This document shows positions 28,569-41,350 of a DNA stretch of 64,000 bases, in pieces. The DNA lies in NCBI GenBank assembly GCA_028023455.1, contig JAQFVV010000008.1:9486001-9550000 (forward strand). Direction: 5' to 3'. The DNA is from Epiperipatus broadwayi. Its lineage: Eukaryota > Animalia > Onychophora. The translations under genes were made by a program, and so were the position numbers. Positions within the stretch are counted from its first letter, which is position 1. Each line of letters opens with the position of its first letter. The notes under the pieces were generated by a model. The model was not told the origin of the DNA, made no database searches, and saw nothing but the letters and a program-made list of their open reading frames with translations.

Positions 28569-28833
28569 CTGAAAAAAAAGAAAGAAAGAAGAAAAAGCAT
28601 GAATTATCTAAAAAAAAAAAAAACATAAATAAATTCATGTTATCAACTAGTCATTACTGATTTTAAATTTAATGAATATTCAATTATTCTATTACAAATC
28701 ACATTGAGTTTGATTTCAAATACAAGAAATAAATATAGAAATAATTTTATATGAAAGGAAAAAAAATGACATAGATTAAAAAAAAATTATATATATAATT
28801 AAAAAATATTTCCAAAAATAATCAATATTTTTA

Positions 28834-29082
<249 letters not shown>

Positions 29083-29186
29083 CTATAAAAAATGTTTGTT
29101 TTAAATCAAATATACTGCATTATAAAAATTAAAAATGTTAATTATCAAGATGTTTAAAATATGGAAGAAATTTATAATTTCATTAC

Positions 29187-29265
29187 CTCATAATTTTCTG
29201 CTTCAGCATTTTCATTGGCCATGTCCATGCTATATGCAGGTACAGAAGGATTTGATAACATTGCT
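29187..29265 (-). CDS. RNF38: RNF38/RNF44-family coding exon
   Basis: ag|(L)AMLSNPSVPAYSMDMANENAEAENYE|gtaatg; 79 nt, phase 2-0. The ENYE|ALLNLAERL junction is conserved in the family. Confidence 0.92.
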
Positions 29266-29346
29266 CTTAAATAATAATAATAAATTAATTAAAAATAATT
29301 AAGTATAAATTTAAGCATCAACAATAAAAAAAAAAAATTTACTAAC

Positions 29347-29480
29347 AAAAAGTGCAATAAGAATCCTGGATATGGTGGAGGTGGTGGAGGGGGTAGAGGA
29401 GGTTGTAATGGTACTCTCCAACGTCTATTTGCACCCCTACGACTGTGTATTAATCCTCGACGAACTCTAGAATAGGGACC
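29347..29480 (-). CDS. RNF38: RNF38/RNF44-family Arg/Pro-rich coding exon
   Basis: ag|GPYSRVRRGLIHSRRGANRRWRVPLQPPLPPPPPPPYPGFLLHF|gttagt; 134 nt, phase 0-2, frame-compatible with neighbouring exons. Confidence 0.9.
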
Positions 29481-31342
29481 CTAAAATAAAACAAAAATCC
29501 AAAGCATTATAAACATACTATATGCATTGCAAATTTGAAAAAATTATATGTTTAAGAAAAACAATGTTGCAAGTCCATTTATAATTTAAAATAATAATAT
29601 TACACTCTAATTTTAAAATTACAGCATTATAGAAATTATTTTATTTTTGTTCATTTTATATTGCACAATTACATACACTTAATTACATATCTGCAAGTAT
29701 AATAATAAAATAGAAAATGTTTAAAAATAAAACAATATATTATCATAATTTAAATATAAATTATTAGTAAATAATTCTGGGGAAAAAAAAAATTAATAAC
29801 AAATAAAATTGCATTTCAGAGTGAAAATGGTGATCAGTGAAAGCATTTAAAAATTCAATTTAATTTAATTTTAAGAAAAAAAAAATTACTTTTATGTATT
29901 TGCATTCTTTTGGTTTTATGTGAAGCAAAGAATTTGTAATAAAAATTTAGGTTTTTTTTTGTACACTGTTTAATGTGAAAGTGATTGCTATATTTACATT
30001 CTTTTTCAGTTTGAGATAATATTTAGCAGAGAATTATAAATTTTTTGCTTCTGAATATCATATGCAATTGTGTTAGAGCATATCGATAAGTTTTCCTTCT
30101 TTATAAAATCAATTATGGATATTAAACTCCGACTACATTTTTCCTTTTTTAAACTAGTCGATGCAACAGCATAAAAATCCAATCACATATATTTACTGTT
30201 TCTATAAAAAAAATATTATGATAACTGTCACTAAAATATAATAAGTTAAAGAGATTACTAATACTGCTTCATATACGGAGAAAATATTATTTTTGACAAA
30301 GGCGCTCAGCACTGAAAATGTATTAAGATTATACTTAATGTTTTCAATAGAAACACTAAAACTGCTTCATATATGAAATAGTAGTGTTAGTGCTTCTATT
30401 TATGTTGAAAATAAACTATTACTATGGAATTTTCCGAATATCATATGCAATTGAGAATTTTGCACAGTTTAAGAATAAATTTTTAATTTTCTTTATAAAA
30501 TATATATTTTAAGGATATTAAACTCTGATTATATAAAGTTTAGCCTTGGCATTAAAAGTTGAATTTTTGTTGAAAATAAATTTTAGCAAAGACATAATTT
30601 TTTTATAGTTTTGAATGTTAGAATAAAAGGGATTAAATTCATGCAGTTCAAAATAATGATAATCTACTTATATATACAAAAAAATTACAATAAGCAAAAG
30701 TCACATTAAATTAACATGATCCAAATACAAATGGATTTACAATATGAGAATATTATGGCTTATCTAAAACTTTGTTCATAGATTGGATACAGATAGTTGA
30801 TAAAAGTTGGGAGAGGAGTAAATTGACACCTGAAAATAAAAATGAGACAATTTGCTCTACATAAATCCTCTTCATGTAATAAAGATATATATGAGAGATG
30901 ATGACCTGACCCAACTAATAAGTGCTGGTTCAGCACAAAATGCATGTTGGGAGTTATTTGTCTTTAATTGTATTTTTATTTATATAAAATTATTTATGAA
31001 ATAAAAAAGAATGGAGAAATATGGAAGTTGTCTATCTATAAAAAAAAAGACAGTATACAAATCAGTAAACATTATTATATTTTACTGAAAAATAACAATT
31101 CAAGATGTATAATAAATCTAAGAAATTACAATTACTTAAAGTTGTTGACAAAAAAAAGAAAAAGAAAAGAAAAAGACCATAATTATTCAAAACATTTTGC
31201 AGAATGTAAGTGATCAACAAGTTTGTAAGACAATGCAATATCATATACATAATCTTAATGCATTAGCAAAATAATAGAACACAAGGTAATTTATCATGAA
31301 AATAGAAAAGTTTTCAAAATTTAAAAAATTATAGACACTCAG

Positions 31343-31907
31343 TAATTCTGAAATAAACATCAAATGACCACCTCCTCTTATGCTTGTGTATATCTGTTGT
31401 TAAAACAGGCAAAACTCACTATATATATTGCTACACATAGCAAGCTAGAGTAATCAATGGATGCCATAAGAGGAGGTGGTCAAGTGATGTTTATTGGCTT
31501 AAAACCAATCCTACCTAATAGGATAGTAGTGGCTATGGTTATTAAAGAACCAAAGATACCAAAATGTATGGGTACTGAACTGGGTTCAGACCCATATGAC
31601 TATATAAGCTGATGGGCTTGGATTGAAAACATTAAGGTGTTTTCAATTTAAGACTCATAGTTTTGTAGTTAAATGGAGATAAAAGGTGGGTGCTGGAGGG
31701 TTGCATTAGATCCTAAGATCTAGATGCAGTGCTCTCAGATCCAAAGCTCCTCACTGACGAAAGCCATAAGCCAGAAACTAGTCTGGGGATATTGGATGAG
31801 AAGGCACTAGATGGGGATTTTATGCACAAGCCTTCTGGCATCCATTGATTACTCTAGCTTGCTGTGTGTGGCAATATATATAGTGAGTTTTACTAATTCT
31901 GAAATAA
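31343..31907 (+). mobile_element. Non-coding hammerhead-bearing retroelement (PLE pLTR / retrozyme-like) with inverted partial copies
   Basis: 14-bp direct repeat taattctgaaataa at both ends; inverted repeats 31411-31466/31836-31891 (54/56) and 31354-31382/31465-31493 (27/29); several internal hairpins; hammerhead at 31748-31789. Confidence 0.6.
31728..31808 (+). ncRNA. Minimal type I hammerhead ribozyme, canonical C3-G8 core, extended stem I
   Basis: TCCTCA CTGACGA A AGCCATAAGCCA GAAA CTAG TC TGGGGA. Palindromic ACTAGT stem III and GUC site (after 31783). Stem I continues as TCCAA/TTGGA, TCTCA/TGAGA, AGTGC/GCACT. Stem II has two mismatches. Confidence 0.8.
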
Positions 31908-33550
31908 TAAAAAAAAAAGATTCTACATAGTTAAGAAAGAAGTACTAATACAACCAATGATCTATCTGTAAAATGAAGCTATCACATATCAATAAAACAA
32001 AGAAAAAACTAATAGATATTACAAAACAACAACAACAACAAAAATAGTCTATGAAGTCAATATAAGAAAATACCAAATATGCAAAAAAAAATAAAAATCA
32101 TTCAATTCATAAAAAAATAATTGGCAGGAATAAATCCATAAGAAATTAAATTAAAAAAAGATATCCTTCTATGTACAAAAAAAAAGAAAAATGCTATCAT
32201 CATAAAAAGTATACAGTCATACACTTATGATAATAATTATACCTTTGTAACATTCAGTTTTTCATTTTCCTTCTACATGGAAAGTTTTTTAAAAATTTCT
32301 ATGGATTTACTGTCATCAATTACTTTCTTATGGATTACATAGTTTACTTTTTACATTGTTGTGTTTGAAATATTATTTTATATAGCGCTATGTTTTTTAT
32401 GTAATAGTAATATTAGCGGTTCGTAAATTGTAAAGATTTCACAAGTGTTCATTCAAACATAACAAATGTAATTTAAAGTGATCGTGTAACACCTAACATC
32501 TTCACACTCTTATTTCCACACACTTAAGATTTGCCCATACATAAACGTTTGGGTCGAAAGAATGGGTGGATTCATTCCATTCTTTCTAAAATACTATATC
32601 TCTTGTCTGGAAAAATTGAGTATTCATTTATAATTTATCTTTAAAGCGCATGTGCATTGGCTTAATCGCTGATATTACTATTGTTGTATTTGGTAAATCC
32701 TTACTTATATTCAATTCATGGACTGGTTTTGTAATTTAATTTATTATGAAGTTGCATTTTGCCTCATATGTAATTTAATTTCTTATGGATATTGAATGTA
32801 TTTTTTGTGTAATCAATGAGCATTGATATGATGGCAAAATATTTTATTTTGGGTTTTTAAAAGTTTTTCTTTTTCTGTGTATTTTTTGTTATTGTTAATT
32901 TTTTACTAAAAATATTAAAATTATCTATTAGTTTTTCTTTGATTTATTGGTATGTATGTTATTTCCATCTTAAAAATAGAGCACAGGTTCTACTAAAACA
33001 AAAAAATTATATGAAATTTCAATGTTGGATAAGATATAATTTTAGGAATATTGTACAATATTACATTATAAGTATATCTCATATATATGGAAAGAAAATT
33101 GAACAAAATCTCAAATTATCCCCGATTTATGATAGGATAATAAGAGATGCATTAAAAAAATAATTAAGATTTCATATCAAGAATGACATAGTAAAAAGAC
33201 TTTAGGTCAATTTGTTTGGCTTACTTCATAAATGTAAAACGAGAAATTATCAGAACTTATAGAAAGTTCTAATCAAAACACTGTCTTTAAATATAAACTT
33301 TGTAATGTAATATAATAATAATAATTAAACAAAGGAAATTAATATGAAAAAACCTTTAGAAGAAAAAAACTTTTAATTGATGTTTTTATAAAGTGGAAAG
33401 AAACAAAATAAAAAAAGCTAATGCAGCAAAAAAGTGTAAAATTCTTTATAAAATTTTATAAATAAACCATTTCACATGTGATCTCTTTTTAAGACTTTTA
33501 TAATCTCCTGGCATACTGTTTCAACAGTTCATCTATCTATCTCTTCTAGC

Positions 33551-33710
33551 AATATATCCAGCATAATTTTATTTCAGACGATAATACTTTCAATGATATC
33601 AGTAAGTCCTCTTTGTTCTCTCATTCATATATTTCATGGATGAGAGAACAAATAGGTCTTATTGACATCATTGAAAGAATTAAAGAGACTGGAACTGGGC
33701 TGGATATATT
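33551..33710. repeat. Long intronic hairpin (42-bp stem, 7-nt loop, plus 12-bp outer stem)
   Basis: 33587-33628 vs 33636-33677 match 37/42; aatatatccagc (33551-33562) pairs with gctggatatatt (33699-33710). Confidence 0.85.
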
Positions 33711-34926
33711 ACATTAAAAAATTTATACTAAAACAAATTTATCTTACATTAATCATAACAAAAAAATGATATATACACTATGCACGTGTATGATACACTA
33801 AACTACAAAATTCATTTGTCTTTAAAATAATATTTTCAAAAAATGAATATTTTCATAAAAGCTATTTTTTATTTTCATAAAATCTATTTTTTAAACAATA
33901 AAAAAATCTTTTTTTATTTTATTTTACAGAAAACAAAAAAATTATGAAGAATTTAGATGCAGACATTTAAAAAAAAAATTATTATTTTTTATATACAATT
34001 CAATTTTGTATACATTTTATACAGAATTTTCTCAATAAATTATTTTATATTTGTGCTTCCTTTGTAGAAGAAATTGGTCACACATATTCATGTGTATATA
34101 AATTATCTATTTATGTGTATATAAATTATTATATGGATGTCATACAAGCATTCAAAAGTGCATGCGAGAGATTTTGGCCTTTCAATTTAATTTCTAAACA
34201 CAGTAATACATATATTTGCACTTCCAATTTATAATGACCATTCTGAATTTTACAAAGTATTAATTAATGTGTGTCATTTTTAAATTTTTGTAGCATAATG
34301 TAAAAATAAGAATAAATTTAAAATTAATAATTTTAAAAATGTTCAAATTTTTTACTTTTGTATTTAATAATAATGATTATATATTTTCATTTTTATTATT
34401 ATATAATTTAGCATTATTATGAAAATTGCATCTTCAACAAAATGCACAAAAAGTCAATATAGCATAAGTGGAAAACAAAAAACTTAAAGCAACACATATG
34501 ATTAAAAAAAAAAGCCATAAAGAATTCTCATTGGAGCAAATATAAATAGATCAGAAAAAAAATATCATTACATTTAGAAAATCAACTAAACCTAAATGAT
34601 TCTCTTTATCACTTGTTAAATATTAAAATAGATTTTTAATAAATAGAAGTTTAATGCAATTAACACATGGAATATTTTTTGAAATTAGTTACTGTATACA
34701 GAAATATAAATATGATAAGTAATGCTAGTAATAATAATAGAGATTATATTTATTTCCAACCCCCCCCCCCATCTTTTGATAATGAGTTAAATTTTTTGGA
34801 TAATGTGGATTATTATTAAAATACAAATACAGTGGAGCTGCAAACTACGCTATATGTTATTCCACCTCCTCCCCTCAAGTTTAATGTATATAATGTATTT
34901 GCATATAATAACGTTGACAATCTACA

Positions 34927-34977
34927 AGGCTATGATTATGGAGTAACGAAACTCTGAAAGCGCGCAGCCTAAATAAA
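34927..34977 (+). ncRNA. Minimal type I hammerhead ribozyme motif, A3-U8 variant core (decayed at 16.1)
   Basis: AGGCT ATGATTA T GGAGT-AACGAA-ACTCT GAAA GCGC G C AGCCT AAATAAA. Perfect 5-bp stem I, 5-bp stem II, GAAA, palindromic GCGC, then AATAAA. The expected U16.1 reads G. Confidence 0.6.
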
Positions 34978-36497
34978 TTGTTATATGGAATAGTTTCACC
35001 ATCAACACATTAGCGCATTATTAATTATAAAAGCTCATGTTTTGGTGACAAACAGTGATTAGAATAGAAGGTATTGTTTATTGAACTGCAAGTATACAGT
35101 ACTTTGCAACACACACATAACACGGATCCTTTTTGTATGTATAGTTTGCATATAATTCAACACTATAGTATAAACAAAATTTTAAAAATAATAATATAGT
35201 TAATAATAAATTGAGAGGAAAAACTAATTGTATCACATTTTTATTTTATAAATAAAATGAATAGTGAAATGTCTAACTTTCACCCTACTAAATATGCTTG
35301 GAGTGATATTCTTTTTTTCAATAACTTTTTTTCTCCTGTAGAAACATAATAAACTAGTCTCTTTATCAAGAAATTATAATCTCTAATTATTTTAATGTTT
35401 TTAAATCAATATTAACTTGAAATATGTTCTAAAATTTTGCACCCAGAAAATATTTTATTACACAAAATACTGCTCATTAAATTTGGAAAGAATAATGAAG
35501 GAAGAATAAAATGTTTGGTGCTCTTAATATAAACTGAAGAAATTTTGTTAATATATAATTGCATATGGTGCTCAGATGGAAAAATGATTGGTGAACAGTA
35601 TAAAATTTGTGAATTTTAATGTTTTTTTTTGGGTTTTTACATTTTTATTTATCCAACATATAAATGAAGTTGTGAGTTACATAAAGCATAATTAGAAAAA
35701 TTCCATTGTATGATATCAATTGGAAAAACTCACATTCTTATTATGCTAAAATCATATAAACATTACACAGAAATAAAAATATATAATTTTGGGAAAAAAA
35801 CAACAACACACACACACACACAATTTGTTAAATGAATAATTTTACCAAATGAATATATTTTTCAGTTCAGTTATTTATTTCTAAAATAATTTCATTATAC
35901 CATTTTTATGGCTAATTGTGAATCTACAACATATACACATATACACTGAGAGATTGTGAAATGTTTTTAAAATTTAAATTTCTAAAGACTTACAGAAGAA
36001 TAAACCATATTCTGAAATAGTAACAATTTAAAAAATCTCCATTAATCAATTTTATATGTACTCATGTTTTTCCATCATTACTTAATAACCAAAGCAAATA
36101 AAAAGTAGCATTTTAAAATAAAAAATTTTCAAAAGTAAATAAATTGTTATAAACAATATGCAGTGCCAATTTCTACAAAATGTATTTTTATAGAAAGGAA
36201 ATTAAAAAGCAAAATCTCTGCAGATGATCAATTAAATAATTAATTATGATTGACTAATAGAATGCCATTTCTTATTTAAGACAATAAAGCACAACACATG
36301 TTCTATAATACAACAATAACTTATATTATAAATAACTATAATAAAAAGTTTTGATGTAATCATCTATTTGTAAATAAACAAATTACTTAATTTAACAACA
36401 ACAAAAAAAGATATATGAATAGTATTTCAGTAAAATGAAAGGTTAATCCTCCTATTTTTATAATAATATTTTTTAAAATTATCTTTATTTATTAAGT

Positions 36498-37555
36498 ATC
36501 TAGATATTGTGCCAATTGCCATCAACAAAAGCTGGTGTGGTAGTGTTTTTACAGGACAACAACATACTCCTACATGCCAAGAGATGTGTGTGCGGCGAAA
36601 CTATGAGACTGGAGATGTCCAAAACCATCTCACAGTTCAGATGCAAGTCCCATTCTAGTTGGCAAAAGTGTTCTCTTCGAAAGGAGATCTGCTTTGACGG
36701 TTCCAGAATCCCGTTCATTTTGAAAGTCTTAGTGTGAGCCACGTTCAGGAATGAAGCGTGCTTCAGTAGCTTATGTCCATTTCTTTGGTTTACCCATTTA
36801 GGATGAGTTCAATCCAGGAATCTCCAGTATTTAAGGATTGGCCAATGAAGTATTTTGGAAAGCAATAAAAGAACGTAGACACATGATATCAAGTACTACA
36901 CCGTATTGCAGATACAGTCAAACCTTATTAACATTAATATATAGGTATACCATCCCATATGTTACTATGCTACAAAAAACAACAATCCATTATGAAATGA
37001 ATAAAAACCCATTTTTCCTTAAAGACATTATTCTTAGCATGAATAATTATTAATAGGTATTGTCGTTGAACTATTTATGCACATAGATCTGATTCTTATT
37101 AAATATATAAATCTATGAAAAAGATCGCACGGTACTTCTCTATTCCAAATATTAAATTAGCAGAAGTGTATATAATTATTGGCCTTCTAATGTGTAATTA
37201 ATTAATACATATCTGGTTTGATTAAGTATACACATATAATAAATATAACTTGTCTAATTTATTTACAAATGAGTTCCACCTTACATAGCAGGGTGAGAGT
37301 AAAATTTGAAACAAAAGTTGTTTTGAACGTATTTTAATTTCTATCATCCAACTTCTCATTTATATACATATATTTCACATCATCAACTAAATAACAAATA
37401 AACAAACTTGATTTTGTAGATAGGTTAACATACATTAATATATAAAGATATTAAAAATTAATTTTTAGGCCGGCAGCCCAGTAAAGTTATATTTCTGTGT
37501 TTTTGCATAGAATCAGCACCATCAAGCGGCTGACACGAGCTAATAGAACAGTACC
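36498..37555 (+). mobile_element. Merlin transposon, 5'-truncated and deleted copy (same family as 57479-59231)
   Basis: ORF 36507-36737 reads QLPSTKAGVVVFLQDNNILLHAKRCVCGETM...RKEICFDGSRIPF (Merlin N-terminus). Right TIR ...gctaatagaacagtacc ends at 37555; left TIR absent. Confidence 0.75.
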
Positions 37556-38563
37556 TTTTTTTTTGTTTACCTTCAACTCAACTGCTTTTATACTTGATGC
37601 ATCTATTGAGTTGATTTTACTATTCATTTTTATTATCACATTATACAAAGCACATAAAAAAAAAATTGGAAAGCTTTCTTTGTATAAAGTAATTAAAAAG
37701 TTAAATATATAGATTCATTACATATAAATATTAAGAAAGAAACAAAACAAAAAATATATGGCTATAAGCAATTTATTAGCAATATTATTTTCTCTTGATA
37801 TTTTCTTACTAATAGTGTGATAAGATAAAGAAAATCTTGAAAACAAACTATGTTATAATATCACACAAAAACTTTTTCCTTTTTTTTTTTTTGCCATTTA
37901 CAAATTTTATATTTAATCATGTTTTTTTTAAAAACTTTTAGCAATGTTAAAAAAAAACCAAAACTTGCATATTAAAGAAATCTATTCAGAGAAAGCCATA
38001 TATTTAATCTTAATAAATAATTTTAACAAGCAATTATTATTGCTCAGTGACTTCTCCAAACCATTTGATTAAATTGTTAAATGAGTTCTCTATGATAGAC
38101 ATTAATATCAATTATATAATCTAGTAACCATTTTTTAGTTATTACAAACTTTAATTCAGCCAATCTTAATATCTTTTTTTCCTACTATCATGTCCATTAA
38201 AAATAAAAAAATGGAATGGTTAGATGCTCAGGATGGCATGTGACATTCTAGAATTGATTCAAACACCTTTAGCTCTCTCAATTCTATTACTCTACTACTG
38301 GACAAACAGCTGCATTTAAATATCCGAAAAGCAATTTAAATTGCAACTGTTTCAATTCACAATATGAAAAATTTTCAGGAACTAAGTTTTCTTATAATTT
38401 ATGTGAATTTATCATGAAAATATCTAAAGTTATCAACAATAAAAAATTTCACATCAACATTATCAATAACTTGTAAGAATATATACAATTTTCATGTCGA
38501 GTATGTGTATGACTCTTAAGTATATTTCCATAAATATATATCATATAAACTTTTAATACTAAC

Positions 38564-38734
38564 CAGTGAGTGAAAATGTGCTTCCGGCTGTGCAGGGCGG
38601 ACTGATGGTTCTTGAAGAAGATGTAGAGGAGGAGAAGCTGGTAAAGGGGATGCATGATGTACAGCACTTGATGCAAGCTGATGGAATGCAGTGGGACGGT
38701 GCTCACTCAAGATTTCAATTTCACTGTCTTGATA
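38564..38734 (-). CDS. RNF38: RNF38/RNF44-family coding exon
   Basis: ag|YQDSEIEILSEHRPTAFHQLASSAVHHASPLPASPPLHLLQEPSVRPAQPEAHFHSL|gttagt; 171 nt, phase 0-0. EIEILSEH parallels the family EVELLGEH motif. Confidence 0.88.
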
Positions 38735-39691
38735 CTATAAATATATAAATAAGTATAAATGTAAAATAATAGTAAGCTGATAATTTACTGATACATGCAA
38801 TTTAAAAGTGTTAATGTAAGTACATAAACTGATATACAAAACATATATTTTACTAATAACAATTCTTAACAACCGCTCAAAAACATTAAAACAACAACAT
38901 CAATAAAATAAACAAAGTAAAATGACTTACAACAGTAAAAGTTTTTTTGAATTAGAAGTGGCTTTTTAATGGTACAAAGTCGTGAAATTCATCTCAACTA
39001 TTATTAATTAGCATTAGGATTATAAAAACAATTACTACATAGAGCAATCACAAATAATAGGAGAAAAGAACAAAATATAGAAATAGCAACAAAACCAGGG
39101 GGAGGGACGGACCAGATAAGATGACAGAAGCTAATCTGTCCTGGAGATACTTCCCTCAATATGTATCAAAGACAACCTAGAGATTGCAGGGGTCATTATC
39201 ATAACAGTAAGCTTTCGGGCAAATTACATTACGTAATATCAGTTTAGGCTAATGAACAAGAATAATCTACATATTCATTTTAATATTATAAGGCCATATT
39301 TTTATTATCTTTTAACAAAGAAGTATCATCAGTCTATTAGTAATACAAATAAATTTAGATTGATAAGTTTTCTCATTTCAGTCAAAACATGAATGCCATG
39401 TATCAGTCCACTCACAGAAATTTGACAAATATCACTGCTTGAAATGCTTTTATTATCTTTTGAAAAATCTTTGAAAAAGTAGTGATAGAGTTATATTTTG
39501 AAAATCAGTTTAGGGTAGTTTTTTGAGATGAACAATTTCTGGGTAATAGCAAAATGCAAAAAAAAAAAGAAGAAGCAATTCAATTTTCCATACCTACATA
39601 AATATATATTTTTTACATTATGGTATATTGAAATAAAAGTATTATTGTTATTATTTTTTAAAAAGTTCCGATTTAATAATTCTATACTTAC

Positions 39692-39979
39692 AAAGGCCTG
39701 AGGAGCAGGTGGTGATCCAGTATATTGGGCTGCATTAGTCACATGATGCTGAGAATGGTGTTGGAAGACAGGAGGGAGAGGATGTGTTACAGGTAGTTGC
39801 TGGATTCCACAACTTGGCAGTTGTTGTAAATTGCATGCAGGAAATTGTACACCACAAGTTGCAGGCAATGTTTGCCCTTGACAGACAGGAAGATGAGGAG
39901 CTGTACACATTGGTAAATGAGGTCCTGTACATACAGGAATAGCATGAGTACCCATGCTTATTGGGAGAGTAACAGGCAC
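39692..39979 (-). CDS. RNF38: RNF38/RNF44-family Cys/Pro-rich coding exon (most upstream exon confidently found)
   Basis: ag|VPVTLPISMGTHAIPVCTGPHLPMCTAPHLPVC...PPAPQAF|gtaagt; 288 nt, phase 0-0. Parallels vertebrate VPV...HGIPLCTGQHIPAC. Confidence 0.9.
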
Positions 39980-41229
39980 CTAAAATATAAATATGTATCA
40001 AAAGACTTAGTTAAAGTGACAAAAAAAAAATCTATTAAATATTAGAAATAATAAGTAAATTTTTATTAGGTATTTATTTCAATAAATAAAAATTTAAAAT
40101 ACAACCAAAATAAGCAAATTGCTTAAGAACAAGAAGCAAATTGGATATATAGTTGAGACACTTATAGTTATTAATTCATTTATACAGGATACTAATAAAA
40201 CATTTAGATTATTTTTTTACAAGTATTTTAATTACATCACCCACACAAACAATCACCTAATTTATATAACGAGTAAAAACTTCAAATATAGATTTTTATA
40301 ATTGAGCACCATATGTTATTCAACACACATCAATACAGCAATAATTCCTTTCATATTCTTCTATTGATAGTGGCATGCATGCTCAAGCTAGAGCAAACAA
40401 TATTCTTGATAGTCTTAAGTCAGTACATATGGGATTGTTGCATGATGCCATCCTATTCAAAGATAGTCAGATTCAACATATGTCATCCGTGGCATCAATC
40501 ATTCTATCAACATGTCTGAATAGATTCCTCATAAGTGATTTGATAAAAAATATCTATTAATTTTGGCCTAAAAGAATGCACAAAACTTATTGTGCTTTAA
40601 TGTATAAGTGCAAGATGTTTCCATGGAGGCATCTGGATTATCACACTTCCAAATGTATCATTAGCAAAAAATTCAAACCCTCTAATTAAATAACCAAGAA
40701 CATCAAATCTGTTATTATTTATTAGATATTGTTCATTGATATGTATATCATTTGAATATTTTTATGATTAAAAATGAGACAAGTGGTATAAAATAATGAT
40801 ACAGTCAAGCAATTTTTGAGTACTCATGTGTTGTAGTAAAGTAGTGAGAAAAGCATATTTAAAAACTAAAGGTTTCTAGAATGATTCTCCAATGAAGAAA
40901 AAAAAGCTCAGTAATTTTTGAGCCAGAAAATTACTTTATTTCCCATGCACTCAAGCAATTATACTACTTATTTTCCATTTTTGAAAATATACAAATTAAT
41001 TAATTTTTACTGATTAAATTATGAAATTTTAAATATTACAATTTATAAACATTATATAATCATGTAAACCTTTATTATTTATTATCAACAATCTTTCATT
41101 TATGTAATAAATTATTAATATGTAATATTTTTATGATCCATTTGAATGCAGTAAAGTAAATGTCATCATACTTTTTATATATATGAAAATGTCATTATAT
41201 TTGGATTTTGTGTCTCATACTCCATACAA

Positions 41230-41350
41230 ATTATCCCACATTTATGAAAAATCTACTCAAATGTAAAAGGAGGAGCACAAAAGTAATTGAACAAATAAAA
41301 ACCTATTCATATGGCCAAGATATATAACTGAACTCAATAAAAGAATTTCC
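41230..41350 (+). mobile_element. CR1/Jockey-like LINE 3' remnant
   Basis: KCKRRSTKVIEQIKTYSYGQ resembles EKVQRRATKMI...SYEERL. Confidence 0.35.

Noticed and set aside
30760-30945. Minus-strand ORF with an internal acceptor-like site in the RNF38 intron
   Set aside because: All three frames after the acceptor hit stops before a donor, and the flanking exons already join in frame.
32520-32590. CTTAAGA...CCCA/TGGG...GAAA GAATGG/CCATTC TT, hammerhead-like
   Set aside because: G5 is missing, stem II register is poor and no stem I pairing exists. Kept only as a small hairpin.
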